A DNA stretch of 64,000 nucleotides from Spirochaetota bacterium (GTDB taxonomy: Bacteria; Spirochaetota; UBA4802; UBA5550). Numbering within the stretch: the stretch's first letter is position 1; each line of letters opens with the position of its first letter. The position numbers and the translations under genes are program-made. The DNA lies in contig OY760686.1 in NCBI GenBank assembly GCA_963663865.1, positions 2,976,001 to 3,040,000 on the forward strand, read 5' to 3'. Shown piece by piece: positions 1-10,710 of this stretch. A model generated the notes under the pieces. The model searched no databases. It was not told where the DNA came from and saw only the letters and a program-made list of their open reading frames with translations.

Positions 1-158
1 GCGGACTGCTCCATTGAAACAGCTTCCGCAATAAGTCCCGCCTGAAGCTCTCCGTCAAGTAGAGATTTAACGATACGCAGCCTTGTCCGGTCCCCCATTA
101 CCTTGAAAAACTCCGCAAGCCTCTGAGATACATCCTCTTCATTATAAACCAGCGGCAT
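1..158 (-). CDS. ArsR/SmtB family metal-responsive repressor (runs off the window start)
   Basis: Not in the ORF track. Manual minus-strand translation from ATG at 158: MPLVYNEEDVSQRLAEFFKVMGDRTRLRIVKSLLDGELQAGLIAEAVSMEQS..., matching the ArsR F-K-x-x-G-D-x-T-R-L-R-I pattern. GAGGAGGA RBS upstream. Confidence 0.85.
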   Translation of the reverse strand, partial: MPLVYNEEDVSQRLAEFFKVMGDRTRLRIVKSLLDGELQAGLIAEAVSMEQS

Positions 159-174
159 AGAGCTTGTTCCTCCT

Positions 175-196
175 CACATGAACGAATGTTCATGTG
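175..196. promoter_or_regulatory. ArsR/SmtB-type operator (inverted repeat)
   Basis: CACATGAAC-GAAT-GTTCATGTG, a perfect 9-4-9 inverted repeat with the TGAA-N6-TTCA core, next to the arsR RBS. Confidence 0.75.
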
Positions 197-383
197 TTCA
201 TGCGTGCTTTCTCAGTCAACCTTTTTCTCCTTGACATGTACTTTTTTGGGGTCTCCGATACTCCCGGTCAGCTTTGTCTGGTGAAGTTCAGCCCTTTGCC
301 CTGGAAAACACCGCTCCTCATCCAAAATACAGAACCGTCAGGGTACATGAACAAAGCTTATAATAACCGATTACGGACACAAA

Positions 384-989
384 ATGGATTCAAAAACTGA
401 ACTGCTTACACAACTTTCCGACGAAGTCGCCGGCTGCCGCAAATGCGGGCTCTGCGTCACTCGCAACAAGACTGTCTTCGGTGAAGGTAGTCCCGATTCT
501 GAAATAATGTTTATTGGAGAGGGCCCGGGCCGTCAGGAAGACCTCACTGGAAGGCCCTTCGTTGGAAGAGCAGGTGAACTGCTGACGCGAATAATAGAGA
601 ACGGCATCGGCGTCCCCCGCTCCGATGTGTACATCGCTAACATCGTGAAATGCAGACCGACAGTCGACGGCCTTATGGAAAGAGACAGGCCCCCGGCGCC
701 GGATGAGGTGAAGATGTGCTCTCCATATCTTCTGAGGCAAATTGAAATAATCAGGCCGAAAGTCATCATCACCCTGGGCAACCCGTCAACCCGCTTCATA
801 CTTCAGACAGCTGAAGGCATTACTAAAACCAGGGGGCATTTTGGAGAATTCATGGGCATCCCCGTTATGCCGACTTTTCATCCAAGTTACGTTATCAGAA
901 ACGGCGGCGACAAAAGCCCCCTTCGAAGACATGTCTGGGAGGATATAAAGCAGGTCCTCAAACTGCTTGGGCGTGAAGCTGCCGAATAA
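384..989 (+). CDS. udg: Uracil-DNA glycosylase family 4 (Fe-S)
   Basis: CRKCGLC, GEGPG, GRPFVGRAG, VKCRP and TFHPS motifs. Confidence 0.93.
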   Translation: MDSKTELLTQLSDEVAGCRKCGLCVTRNKTVFGEGSPDSEIMFIGEGPGRQEDLTGRPFVGRAGELLTRIIENGIGVPRSDVYIANIVKCRPTVDGLMERDRPPAPDEVKMCSPYLLRQIEIIRPKVIITLGNPSTRFILQTAEGITKTRGHFGEFMGIPVMPTFHPSYVIRNGGDKSPLRRHVWEDIKQVLKLLGREAAE

Positions 990-1028
990 AGCGGCAAGCA
1001 GCCTTTAACTGAGGCACTATCCCCCCGC

Positions 1029-1235
1029 CTATTTCTTCAGAGTGTCAAACTTGAGAGGCACGTACAGGGGACAGAGCCCCGTCAGCCCGGTTAACAGAAA
1101 TACCGCTCCAACTATAAGCATGACAACGGCCACTCCTCCCGTCACCATATTGGTAAGATAAAAAGCTCCGGCAATAAATGCCAGAAGCACCCTCAGCACT
1201 CTGTCGATGAGTCCCATGTTTCTTTTCAGTTTCAT
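1029..1235 (-). CDS. DUF2892/YgaP-like small membrane protein
   Basis: NMGLIDRVLR...LLTGLTGLCPLY pattern; start reassigned to ATG 1235 behind GAGGAG. Confidence 0.8.
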   Translation of the reverse strand: MKLKRNMGLIDRVLRVLLAFIAGAFYLTNMVTGGVAVVMLIVGAVFLLTGLTGLCPLYVPLKFDTLKK

Positions 1236-1582
1236 GTTAATCTCCTCTTGTTTTATGCATAAACGCTGGCAGGGGATATACGGCAGCCCCACAAAATATA
1301 CCTTCAAATAGATCATACAGCAGAAAAAAAGGGCACAATAAAAATTGTACTTGATAACCCGCCCGTTAACGGGCAATTACAACCACCGGGACACTCTTCA
1401 TTTGAAGAAAAATTGAACCATGTGGCTGTCACGATATAGGGACCAAGTCAGAGTCTATCAGACTTTTTCAGAAAGTTCAACTGATATTTCTTCTGCTTTT
1501 CGTATTATTCAGGCCGCTCCGAACCAGTCAGGGTAGATCCCTGGCCGGAAAGGATCGGCCATTACAACAACGAGCTGACAAT

Positions 1583-2497
1583 ATGATAAAAAAATTAGCA
1601 GGCCAGATCAAAGGGACATTCTCATTGTTCTTTCTAAGCGTTAACACCGCCGCCGTATTCGGTCCGGTTCTCGTACTCTCTTTTTTTAAAATCGTTTTAA
1701 GGTTCAGGACAGCCCAGACTGCGATCAGCATCATGCTCAATTCCGTGGCATCAGGCTGGGTAGTCATAAACAACCGGGCAATTTCACTCATATATGACAT
1801 CAAATGGTCAGTGCACATCGACGGGGAGCTTTCCCTTCAAAGGTCCTATCTTGTCATCAGCAATCATCAAAGCTGGATTGACATTATGGTTCTACAGCAT
1901 ATATTCAACGGACGTATTCCGTTTCTGAGATTTTTCCTGAAGCAGCAGCTTATATGGATTCCCCTGCTTGGAATCTCATGGTGGGCGCTTGACTTTCCTT
2001 TCATGAAAAGGTATTCTCAGTCAGTACTGCAAAAGAAGCCGCACCTGAAAGGCCGCGATCTTGAAACTACCAGGAAGGCCTGCGCCAGATTCAAACGATT
2101 TCCGGCATCTATAATGAACTTTCTTGAAGGAACGCGTTACACTCCCCAGCGAAAGGCCGCTTCAAAATCGCCTTACACTAATCTTCTCAGGCCAAGAGCC
2201 GGAGGAGCTGCCTTTACCCTCTCCGCCATGCGCGAATCGATAAACGACATAATTGATGTGACTATCCACTATCCGCAGGGGATTATATCGATGTGGGATT
2301 TCCTGTGTGGCAAACTCGACAGGGTTATTGTCTGCGCCCGAATAATTCCAATTGATCCTTCAACAAAAAATGGAGACTATCTCAACGACCTCGAATTCAG
2401 AAAGAGGTTTACCGACTGGATCAACTTAATCTGGGAAGAAAAAGACAGGCTTCTCAGCCGTCTGCAAAACGGGGAGGAAGCTGCGTGCGGGGAATGA
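1583..2497 (+). CDS. PlsC-family acyltransferase (YihG-like)
   Basis: NHQSWID (HX4D), FFLK, FLEGTR and LLRPRAGG motifs. Confidence 0.88.
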   Translation: MIKKLAGQIKGTFSLFFLSVNTAAVFGPVLVLSFFKIVLRFRTAQTAISIMLNSVASGWVVINNRAISLIYDIKWSVHIDGELSLQRSYLVISNHQSWIDIMVLQHIFNGRIPFLRFFLKQQLIWIPLLGISWWALDFPFMKRYSQSVLQKKPHLKGRDLETTRKACARFKRFPASIMNFLEGTRYTPQRKAASKSPYTNLLRPRAGGAAFTLSAMRESINDIIDVTIHYPQGIISMWDFLCGKLDRVIVCARIIPIDPSTKNGDYLNDLEFRKRFTDWINLIWEEKDRLLSRLQNGEEAACGE

Positions 2498-3681
2498 AGT
2501 TTGCAGTTTTCATATTACTTGCTATCGCCACCATCGCGCCCCGATACATCCTTGCAACACCCGTTACCGCAGTGGTCACTAACAGCTACGATGGAATAGA
2601 AAAGCAGCTCAAGGAGTATGCCATTGATTTCGATCTCATCAGTATCGATGAGCTTGAAAAAAAGGATTCTCTGAAACCCTATAGAGCGGTTTTTTTCCCA
2701 TGCGGAATGCAGATCCCGCTTCACAGCCGCATACAGCTGCTGTCGCAGAGGCAGACAATTCTGTCTGTTGAGATCAAGGAGGATATCAACGAGGAGAATA
2801 AGGCAGCTATAGCGGAAAACATCCGGGGCTTTATCGAAAACGGCGGGTCAGCCTACTTTTCCGATTTTGCGTTCAGCTACCTGCAGGAATCATTCGCTCC
2901 CTTTGAATTCCACGGCGGATTCGCCTGGGTGGGCATGCCCTGCAGGGTCGATGCGGCTCTTCATGGTGACCTCGCCTGTTTCATGTCAACCGCCAGCACA
3001 CAGATAGCATTCCATCACTCAGGTTGGGCCGCTCCCAAAAAAATAAACAATGCTTCGATTCTATGTTCTGGTCTATACGCCAGCGCATTGGGTCAGCTTG
3101 AGGGCCCCCTTACAGCAGAGCTGTACCGTGGCAGTGGGCGAGTAATATTCACAAGCTTTCACAGCAGCTGCAATGCTGAGCTGAAGCGCTTCTTTGTCTT
3201 CCGGACTGTTTACAGCCGCCTTCTTGATGCAATTGCCGAAAGGCCGCGCAAATGGGAACAGCGCATTAACGGAACGGTTGTGGACGCTCTCCAGCCCTGG
3301 GAAAACTCAAGGACTTACCGGCTGCCAGTCAGAAAGGGTCGCAACACGATATACGCTGAAACCGGCGGATTCCCGATACAGCTCGACATACTCGACATGA
3401 ATATGATGCCGATAATCTCTGAAGATATTTACTCCGGGACAAAGTCGCTTGATCTCGACTCTTCCGGGGACACATTTTGTCATGTAAGAATTATACCATC
3501 CGCGGGCGAACGGCGCGTGCCATATACCCTCGCATCCGCAACGGGCAGAAGGCTCCTCCCGAGAGTAACCATGATAATACTGGTCTCGTCGGCGGGAGCT
3601 CTTATCCTTATGGGAATCGGGCTGGCCGCGTTGAAAGAAAAAAAGAAATTCGGGCGTCTTGGAAGAAGAGACTACTTCTGA
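2494..3681 (+). CDS. Hypothetical exported protein with C-terminal membrane anchor
   Basis: Signal peptide MKFAVFILLAIA, alpha/beta domain (GFIENGGSAY), C-terminal hydrophobic helix plus basic tail; ATGA overlap with the upstream stop. Confidence 0.6.
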   Translation: MKFAVFILLAIATIAPRYILATPVTAVVTNSYDGIEKQLKEYAIDFDLISIDELEKKDSLKPYRAVFFPCGMQIPLHSRIQLLSQRQTILSVEIKEDINEENKAAIAENIRGFIENGGSAYFSDFAFSYLQESFAPFEFHGGFAWVGMPCRVDAALHGDLACFMSTASTQIAFHHSGWAAPKKINNASILCSGLYASALGQLEGPLTAELYRGSGRVIFTSFHSSCNAELKRFFVFRTVYSRLLDAIAERPRKWEQRINGTVVDALQPWENSRTYRLPVRKGRNTIYAETGGFPIQLDILDMNMMPIISEDIYSGTKSLDLDSSGDTFCHVRIIPSAGERRVPYTLASATGRRLLPRVTMIILVSSAGALILMGIGLAALKEKKKFGRLGRRDYF

Positions 3682-4229
3682 CCCCGGAAAAGTCTGGCAA
3701 CTTCACAGAATTCAGTATAAAACTCCTGAAGCTGGTCCTTTTCCCGAAGCTTCCTGAACTCAGGCACCTCGCCCTGCTTGATCTGATCCATATACCGGCT
3801 TATTACAAATAGGGGGCCGGCAATACGATGTGTAATTCTTACAAGAAAGAAGTATATTACCACGGACTGGACAAGCACCACCAGAATAATAAGCGAGATG
3901 AGTCTGTAATTCTGGTCATTGAATGAGTTCATTATATCTGTATTCTTTTTCAGAACAGCTGTCGTCATATTCCTGCTTTTTTTGATCCTGTCAACGAGCC
4001 TGTCCGGGTCTTTACGGTCTTTAGCTAACGAATCCAGAAGAAGATCGTTGGATGCCGCTGCTTCCCTGTACTCTTCAATGGCGGCGGATATCTTTTTTGT
4101 ATTAAAAGCCGCCGTCATCCCTGTATATGCCACTATCACAAAAAAAGAAATCATGGTAATGCTGATGATGGCTATAGCTGTCTTAAGCTGAAAACCTCTG
4201 TCTACATAACTCTTCCTGCGCTGAAACAT
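3672..4229 (-). CDS. Two-TM membrane protein with HAMP-like C-terminus
   Basis: Two hydrophobic helices followed by THRIAGP...LREKDQL; GGAGG RBS. Confidence 0.6.
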   Translation of the reverse strand: MFQRRKSYVDRGFQLKTAIAIISITMISFFVIVAYTGMTAAFNTKKISAAIEEYREAAASNDLLLDSLAKDRKDPDRLVDRIKKSRNMTTAVLKKNTDIMNSFNDQNYRLISLIILVVLVQSVVIYFFLVRITHRIAGPLFVISRYMDQIKQGEVPEFRKLREKDQLQEFYTEFCEVARLFRGQK

Positions 4230-4526
4230 GGCTGCCTCCTGAACGGCTACTCATACACCTGGATACTCCTGAAGTCAAGGAGTTTGCATCGGGATTATAT
4301 GCCCCCGTAATTTTTTTTAAGAAAAGTTGTTGCATAGATTAAGGCGCGGAAACCACTATTCGCATTCAGGATCAGCTTATCCTGCTGTCCGTCAGCCCGG
4401 AGGAATCTGAATCGGCGGAACTGTTTCCGCTATCGGCTGCGTTAGTGCAAGGGCTTGCGCATTAAGAAACAGAAACAATGCCGGGATTCCCTCTTTTACA
4501 GCATATTTAAAATTCCTGGGAGTTAT

Positions 4527-5297
4527 ATGATGGGGAAAATTATCTCTGTATCAAATCAAAAGGGAGGTGTGGGGAAAACCACTACCACAGTCAACCTTGC
4601 TGCCTATCTTGCTGAAAAGGGCAAAAAGGTCCTAATAATTGACTTTGATCCTCAGGGCAACGCTGGATTTGGCATAGGTGTAAACGCGGAAGAAATTGAT
4701 ACGACTATTTATGAAGTCCTGATTGGGGAAATACCCGTTGAAAACGCCGTTTTCCAGACAGAGGTTGAAGGCCTGTACCTTATTCCTTCTAACATACACC
4801 TTTCAGGAGCCCAGGTTGACCTGCTCGACAGCGACGGCAGCGAATTTATACTGAAAAAAGCACTCTCCGAACTCAGGGAATCATTTCACTACATCCTTGT
4901 GGACTGTCCCCCGTCTCTCGGCCTGCTTACTCTGAACAGCCTTGTAGCAGCGGACAGCGTTATGATTCCGCTTCAATGCGAATACTACGCTCTTGAGGGC
5001 CTCAGCCAGCTTCTCAGGATTATATCAATGGTACAGGAAAAGCTGAATCCTTCACTTGAGGTCGAGGGTGTTGTCCTGACCATGTACGACTCAAGGACTA
5101 ACCTCGCTAATCAGGTTGTAAATGATGTGAGGGAGTACTTCAAGGACAAGGTCTACAACACAATAATCCCTCGCAATGTCCGCCTTTCGGAAGCCCCATC
5201 ATTCGGCAAACCGATAAGCCTTTACGACAGATCCAGCGCGGGAAGCATTACTTATGAAAAACTGGCAGAAGAGGTCATAAATAAAAATGAACGGTAG
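4527..5297 (+). CDS. parA: Chromosome partitioning ATPase ParA/Soj
   Basis: [10 protein letters not shown] deviant Walker A, DFDPQGN, DCPPSLG and LSEAPSFG; start moved to the ATG at 4527/4530. Confidence 0.95.
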   Translation: MMGKIISVSNQKGGVGKTTTTVNLAAYLAEKGKKVLIIDFDPQGNAGFGIGVNAEEIDTTIYEVLIGEIPVENAVFQTEVEGLYLIPSNIHLSGAQVDLLDSDGSEFILKKALSELRESFHYILVDCPPSLGLLTLNSLVAADSVMIPLQCEYYALEGLSQLLRIISMVQEKLNPSLEVEGVVLTMYDSRTNLANQVVNDVREYFKDKVYNTIIPRNVRLSEAPSFGKPISLYDRSSAGSITYEKLAEEVINKNER

Positions 5298-6186
5298 CGG
5301 CAAGAAAAAACTCGGCAAAGGGCTCGGCGCAATAATATCCACAAATCCGGCACCTGCCGCAAATTTTGAAAAATCCGTGGTGAACGACTCAAGCCGCATC
5401 GTCGACCTTCCAATCGACAGGATAACGGCAAATCCCGGACAACCCAGAATCCATTTTGACGACAGGGCCCTCAGAGGCCTTGCTGATTCAATAAGCTCGG
5501 TCGGCCTTATTGAGCCTATAATTGTAAGGAAAACCGAAAAAGGCTACTTTGTCGTCGCCGGAGAGCGCCGCCTCAGGGCGGTAAAACTCCTGAAGCAGCC
5601 AACAATAAAGGCTGTTGTCATAGAGGCAGATGAAGAAAAAAACTACACAATCGCCCTGATCGAAAATATTCAGCGCGAAGACCTCGACCCGATCGAAGAG
5701 GCAAAGGCCTACCAGGTTCTTATTGACAAATTCAAGCTGAAACAGGCGGATCTCGCAAAAAAAGTAGGCAAAGAAAGAGCAACAATAACAAACTCTCTCA
5801 GGCTTCTCAATCTTCCTGAAGAAATACAGCACAGCCTCTCCGAAGGGCAGCTGAGCCCCGGACACGCAAAAGTACTGCTCTCGGCCCCTGAAAATAAGCA
5901 GCTGGAACTGTACGCCCAGATACTCGAAGAAGGCCTTTCTGTAAGGGCCCTGGAGATGATATTAAAGGGTGAGCGCAAACCCCGATCAGAAGATGGAGAG
6001 GAAACCGCAAAAGGCACAGGATCACCGAGGGTCAAGGATGCCCAGGTAAAAAAAATGGAAGACAGACTGAGACAGCTCCTGGGTACTAAGATCGAAATAA
6101 AACATTCCGGGAACCGCGGTAAAATTGAAATAAGCTACTATTCTCTTGATGACTTTGAAAGAATCGTTGAGATGTTCAATCGCTGA
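5287..6186 (+). CDS. parB: Chromosome partitioning protein ParB/Spo0J
   Basis: LGKGLGA, QPR, GERRLRA and ENIQREDL motifs, HTH; overlaps parA. Confidence 0.95.
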   Translation: MNGSGKKKLGKGLGAIISTNPAPAANFEKSVVNDSSRIVDLPIDRITANPGQPRIHFDDRALRGLADSISSVGLIEPIIVRKTEKGYFVVAGERRLRAVKLLKQPTIKAVVIEADEEKNYTIALIENIQREDLDPIEEAKAYQVLIDKFKLKQADLAKKVGKERATITNSLRLLNLPEEIQHSLSEGQLSPGHAKVLLSAPENKQLELYAQILEEGLSVRALEMILKGERKPRSEDGEETAKGTGSPRVKDAQVKKMEDRLRQLLGTKIEIKHSGNRGKIEISYYSLDDFERIVEMFNR

Positions 6187-6678
6187 TCAGTCTTTCTGAA
6201 GAATAATCTTCTCTACTGAATCCTTATCCGTGTCAAGAAGTGCCACGGTGAACTCTTCAGCGCCATACAGGGCCCCCGGGTTTATTACGTGGGTACCGTC
6301 CAGAAAGTAGTCCTCAAAGATATGAGTATGCCCCTTAATGATGTAGTCATACTTTGCGGAGGCAATCGCATGCCGGAACGCCGGAACATTGTTTCCGTGA
6401 AACATCTGAAAAACACGCTCGCCAGCCGTAAAAACGCAGGTCTTGCCCACCGGCCCGAAGCCCAGCCTTTCGCTTTCGGAATTGATGACATCCTCGTCAA
6501 GATCGCCGTTGCCAAGCACGAGCCTGACCTCAAGGCCTTCAAATAAAGTCAGCATTCTTGGCGACGTAAGATCGCCGGCGTGCAGAACCATGCTGACATC
6601 GCGCTCTCTGAAAACATCGAGGGCCTTTCGAGTCATCTCCACATCATTATGAGTATCTGACATTAGACCTATAAGCAT
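6187..6678 (-). CDS. YfcE-family metallophosphoesterase
   Basis: SDTH, HAGD, GNGD, GHTH and INPG motifs. Confidence 0.88.
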   Translation of the reverse strand: MLIGLMSDTHNDVEMTRKALDVFRERDVSMVLHAGDLTSPRMLTLFEGLEVRLVLGNGDLDEDVINSESERLGFGPVGKTCVFTAGERVFQMFHGNNVPAFRHAIASAKYDYIIKGHTHIFEDYFLDGTHVINPGALYGAEEFTVALLDTDKDSVEKIILQKD

Positions 6679-8612
6679 CAGCCCAGGCGCGCCCCCACGG
6701 GTATAGAGTCATCAACTATAATCAGAGCAGGAACGTCCTTTTTGTCCTTCTTGGCAGCCAAAAGCATCCCCTCTGACCTTTTCTTGAATATTACCGCGGG
6801 TTTAAGGTTGGATACAAGCAATATTTTCTTTCCCGTAATATCCCCGGGAGAATATGCCATACCGATACCCGCTACTATGGTTCGCGACCCGTAGCCGTTG
6901 TCAACCTCGAGCTCAAGAAGCTTATCGGACCCTTCGACTTTTTCGGCTTTCAGCACCTTTGCTACACGAAGATCTACTTTAAGAAAATCCGCTATATCAA
7001 TCTGAGGGTTTTTATCATCCCCTTTCTTGTTGTCTTTTTCACCTGTTTTTTCATTGCTCTTAACCGGCTCTTCCTGCTTCTGCTTCTCGAGCCGCGGAAA
7101 CAGAACGCCCATCTCCCCGAGTGCTGTTCCGTTTGTAAGTGCGTTCAGAGAAGGCAGCGATTCCAAATCGGCACGCTTACCATCCATCCCCAGAGCCTTC
7201 ATGATTTCGGGGGCCGTATTAACAAGCGCCGGTTCAAGCAGAACCGAAATCCCGTATATAGCTTCGAGCAGATTTCTCATTACAGATGACAGCTGCTCAC
7301 GCTTGCCTTCCTTATCGAGCTGCCATGGCTTATGCTCATCAATGTATCGGTTCAGCCCGCGAATAAAGTCCCAAAGCTTCTCAATACCCGTACTGGTCTG
7401 AAAGCTTCCGCAACTGGATATATAGTCGCTCATAGCCTTGCTGAATAACGCGGAAAGCTCTTTCCTCCCGGCTGGACTGCCCTCGTCGAAGGCGGGCACC
7501 TCACCGGCGAAGAATTTCTCGACCATGTTAAAGGTCCTCTTCACGAGATTGCCCAAATCGTTGGCAAGATCATAGTTGATCCGGTCAATTATAACGTCCT
7601 CGCTGAAACGGGCGTCATTTCCGAACACCATCTCCCTCAGCAGAAAATATCGTATCTGGTCATTGCCAAATTTCCCAATCAGGTTTTCAGGAGTCACAAC
7701 ATTGCCCAGGCTCTTCGACATCTTCGAATCTTCCATGTTCCAATAGCCGTGTACATTCAAATGACTGTACGGCTCAATTCCCGCCGCCTTGAGCATTGTC
7801 GGCCAGAATACCCCATGAGGCTTCAGAATATCCTTCGCGATGATATGGTTCACAGAAGGCCAGTACTTCTTAAAGCTGTCACCGTCGGGATAGTCGATAC
7901 CGCTGAGATAATTAATCAGCGCATCAAACCAGACATAGGTCACATAGTTTTCGTCGAAAGGAAGCGGTATGCCCCAGGTTAGTCTTGTTTTAGGGCGGGA
8001 TATGCACAGATCCTCAAGGCTGTCTCCTTTTAACATGGAAACGACCTCGTTTCTGTAGCGCTCGGGGCGAATAAATTCCGGATTCTTTTCGATGTACTCA
8101 AGAAGCCAGTCCTGGTACTTGCTCATCCTGAAAAAGTAGTTTTTTTCCTCAATGAACTGGGGCTTTCTGTTGTGCTCCGGGCACTTTCCGTCAACAAGTT
8201 CCTTCTCAGTAAGAAACCTCTCACAGCCTACACAGTAAAGGCCGCCGTATGATCCATAGTATATATCTCCGGAATCATACACTTTCTGAAGTATGCCCTG
8301 CACCGTCCTTATGTGATGTTCATCCGTTGTCCTGATGAACCTGTCATACCTTATTCCGATAGCATCCCATGCCTGCCTGAACTTCCCGCTTATTGAGTCG
8401 GCGTATTCAGCCGGGGTCACGCCTCTCTGCCGGGCTGCCTCGAAAATTTTGTCACCGTGCTCGTCCGTTCCTGTAAGAAAAAAAGTATCATTCCCGGTCA
8501 TGGCATAAAAGCGGGCCATGAAATCCGCGAGAATGGTAGAATATGCGTGCCCGATATGAGGTTCAGCATTAACATAGTAAATCGGTGTAGTAACGTAAAA
8601 TGTCCTGTCCAT
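6678..8612 (-). CDS. metG: Methionine--tRNA ligase with C-terminal tRNA-binding domain
   Basis: TTPIYY, HIGH, YVWFDAL and KMSKS motifs; C-terminal OB fold (SEGMLL). Confidence 0.97.
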   Translation of the reverse strand: MDRTFYVTTPIYYVNAEPHIGHAYSTILADFMARFYAMTGNDTFFLTGTDEHGDKIFEAARQRGVTPAEYADSISGKFRQAWDAIGIRYDRFIRTTDEHHIRTVQGILQKVYDSGDIYYGSYGGLYCVGCERFLTEKELVDGKCPEHNRKPQFIEEKNYFFRMSKYQDWLLEYIEKNPEFIRPERYRNEVVSMLKGDSLEDLCISRPKTRLTWGIPLPFDENYVTYVWFDALINYLSGIDYPDGDSFKKYWPSVNHIIAKDILKPHGVFWPTMLKAAGIEPYSHLNVHGYWNMEDSKMSKSLGNVVTPENLIGKFGNDQIRYFLLREMVFGNDARFSEDVIIDRINYDLANDLGNLVKRTFNMVEKFFAGEVPAFDEGSPAGRKELSALFSKAMSDYISSCGSFQTSTGIEKLWDFIRGLNRYIDEHKPWQLDKEGKREQLSSVMRNLLEAIYGISVLLEPALVNTAPEIMKALGMDGKRADLESLPSLNALTNGTALGEMGVLFPRLEKQKQEEPVKSNEKTGEKDNKKGDDKNPQIDIADFLKVDLRVAKVLKAEKVEGSDKLLELEVDNGYGSRTIVAGIGMAYSPGDITGKKILLVSNLKPAVIFKKRSEGMLLAAKKDKKDVPALIIVDDSIPVGARLG

Positions 8613-8639
8613 ATATTCCCCTGTCTATTCGGCGCTGTA

Positions 8640-9545
8640 TTACATCTTTCTGATTGGCCCGGATTCACCGAATTCATAATAATCGTCTTCTTCTGTCTCT
8701 TCCTCGTGTGCTCTGAGCCGTTCAAGGACTTCCGGCCTGATAGAGAATCCTCCCCCGCCTTTCACAATGTCATCACGGCCAATCAGTATAAACCGGTTAT
8801 TGTCTTTTATTTTCAGCGTCTGCTTGAGCACATCGGTTGAAATAACATAGTATACTTCTTCGCCGCATCGGATTGCGGTTCCTGATGGAGGCATTTCCTG
8901 ATTGAGTTCGCGATATGTTTCATACTCATACCCCAGGCAGCAGAGAAGCCTTCCGCACATCCCGGATATCTTCAGCGAATTGAGGTTCAAGTTCTGCTCC
9001 TTGGCCATCTTTATGGAAACCGGAGCGAACTCATCTCTCTGATTGACACAGCAAAGCTCCCTGCCGCAGGGCCCGTAACCGCCCACAATCCTGGCCTGGT
9101 CTCTCACCCCGATCTGCCTCATCTCAATCCTTGTACGGAATACTCCGGCAAGCTCACGTACAAGCTCGCGGAAATCTATCCTGCTCTCAGAAACGAAGTA
9201 GAATATTATTTTTGTTCTGTCGAAAAGGCTCCTTACGGCAACAAGCTTCATGCCGAGGTTTTTAGCCGCGGCCCTGTCTCTGCACTCCGCGAAGGCCTTC
9301 TCCTCAAGCTCCTCAATCTGCCGCAGAGACTGCTCATCCTCGGGGTTCACAAGCCTGAGGACTTTTCCTGAAGACGGCGCCTCTGGATCGTCCTTAAACT
9401 TCCCCGGCTTCATAACTCTCGCGATATCTATTCCCTGCTCAGTCTCCACGATAACGGAGTCTTTGCACTTAAGTTCAATTCCATTTCTGTCTGCATGACA
9501 CAGCTGGAAGCTGTTCCTGAGCCGTAAAGCGGCTGTTTCCATCAT
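8640..9545 (-). CDS. ricT: PSP1-domain protein RicT/YaaT
   Basis: RIDFRELV, RIEMRQIGVRD, GPCGRELCC and KISGMCGRLLCCL motifs. Confidence 0.9.
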   Translation of the reverse strand: MMETAALRLRNSFQLCHADRNGIELKCKDSVIVETEQGIDIARVMKPGKFKDDPEAPSSGKVLRLVNPEDEQSLRQIEELEEKAFAECRDRAAAKNLGMKLVAVRSLFDRTKIIFYFVSESRIDFRELVRELAGVFRTRIEMRQIGVRDQARIVGGYGPCGRELCCVNQRDEFAPVSIKMAKEQNLNLNSLKISGMCGRLLCCLGYEYETYRELNQEMPPSGTAIRCGEEVYYVISTDVLKQTLKIKDNNRFILIGRDDIVKGGGGFSIRPEVLERLRAHEEETEEDDYYEFGESGPIRKM

Positions 9546-9690
9546 AATAACCCGGATAATATTTTTACGCGTTTCCGCGGAAAGCCGATATTCATCAGGC
9601 CGGCAATCTGTTCGTATTATATCATTATCATGAGAGTGGACTTTTTAATCAACTATCTTTTTACTGCGGTTAAGGGACAGACGGGAGCTT

Positions 9691-10704
9691 TCAGAGCAAC
9701 AAATCCGCTTTTTCCCCTATAGAGCCGGGACCCGGAAAGCCGAATTCGGAAAGGGTGTCAATTGAATAGAGCATTGCTTTTAGCGTATTGCTGGTGTTCA
9801 TATTGTAAATCATTCCTCTTCTAAGTGAGATCAAAATCTTGATAACTTTCCTGATCTCTGCTGAAGGCGGCAGCTTCAAATTACCGAATGAAGGATGTAT
9901 GGGCTCTCCTGAAACAGAGGCATTAAGCAAAAGACGGAATATATTTGTCAATATCGAGATGAAATTTTCCTGACCCGTTTTTTTAACAACGTCATCGGCT
10001 TCGATATGCAAAAACCCTCTTGTTTCGAGATAGTTGCAAATTGAGTGCGTTATTTTTATCGATTTCTTCAGAACATCCGGATCGGCCAATAAAGCCGCAT
10101 ACTCGAAAGATCCGCCGGAAAGGGCGGCAACAAGCTCCATCTCACCGGTAGCATCAGTCCCCTTAAAAAAAGAAGCAATATCATCTTCAGGAAGCCCGTA
10201 GAAGGTAATCTCGGTGCATCGGGAAAGTATCGTCGGGAGAATCAAAGATCTGTTTGTAGCGATCATAATAATATATGCGTTCTCAGGAGGCTCTTCAATT
10301 GTCTTGAGAAGTACGTTCTGCCCGGTTGCCGGGATGTTTTCAAGCCCATTGACAATAACGCCGTACATCCCGGAAAAGGACTTCCTGGAGAGCCTTTCGA
10401 TTAGCCATCTCACCGTATTCGGCTCATCCCCCTTCCCGACAGGGATAACGCCCTTTTCATTTGGTTCAAGCCGTATCACATCAGGATGAAACCCCTTTTC
10501 AACAGCAGTACACTCCCGGCATTCAAGGCAAGCCTCCCCGCCTTCCTGACAGAAAATTCCCTGTAGTATCCTGAGGGCAATCCTGTTCTTGCCAATGCCC
10601 GGCATCCCGGTAAAAAGAAGCGCCTGAGGAAATCTGCCTGCTCCCATCATCATCTTAATCTTTAAAAGCTGGCCGGTATGTCCTATTATTCCCGCGGTAT
10701 TCAC
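9691..10704 (-). CDS. holB: DNA polymerase III delta' subunit
   Basis: LLFTGMPGIGK, zinc-binding Cys cluster, HPD, LLKTIEEPP and TILSRC; yaaR-holB-ricT synteny. Confidence 0.85.
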   Translation of the reverse strand: MNTAGIIGHTGQLLKIKMMMGAGRFPQALLFTGMPGIGKNRIALRILQGIFCQEGGEACLECRECTAVEKGFHPDVIRLEPNEKGVIPVGKGDEPNTVRWLIERLSRKSFSGMYGVIVNGLENIPATGQNVLLKTIEEPPENAYIIMIATNRSLILPTILSRCTEITFYGLPEDDIASFFKGTDATGEMELVAALSGGSFEYAALLADPDVLKKSIKITHSICNYLETRGFLHIEADDVVKKTGQENFISILTNIFRLLLNASVSGEPIHPSFGNLKLPPSAEIRKVIKILISLRRGMIYNMNTSNTLKAMLYSIDTLSEFGFPGPGSIGEKADLLL

Positions 10705-10710
10705 ATTACC

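Noticed and set aside
4230-4526. oriC/parS or a structured leader upstream of parA
   Set aside because: No TTATCCACA DnaA-box cluster or parS palindrome is visible, only short hairpins expected by chance.
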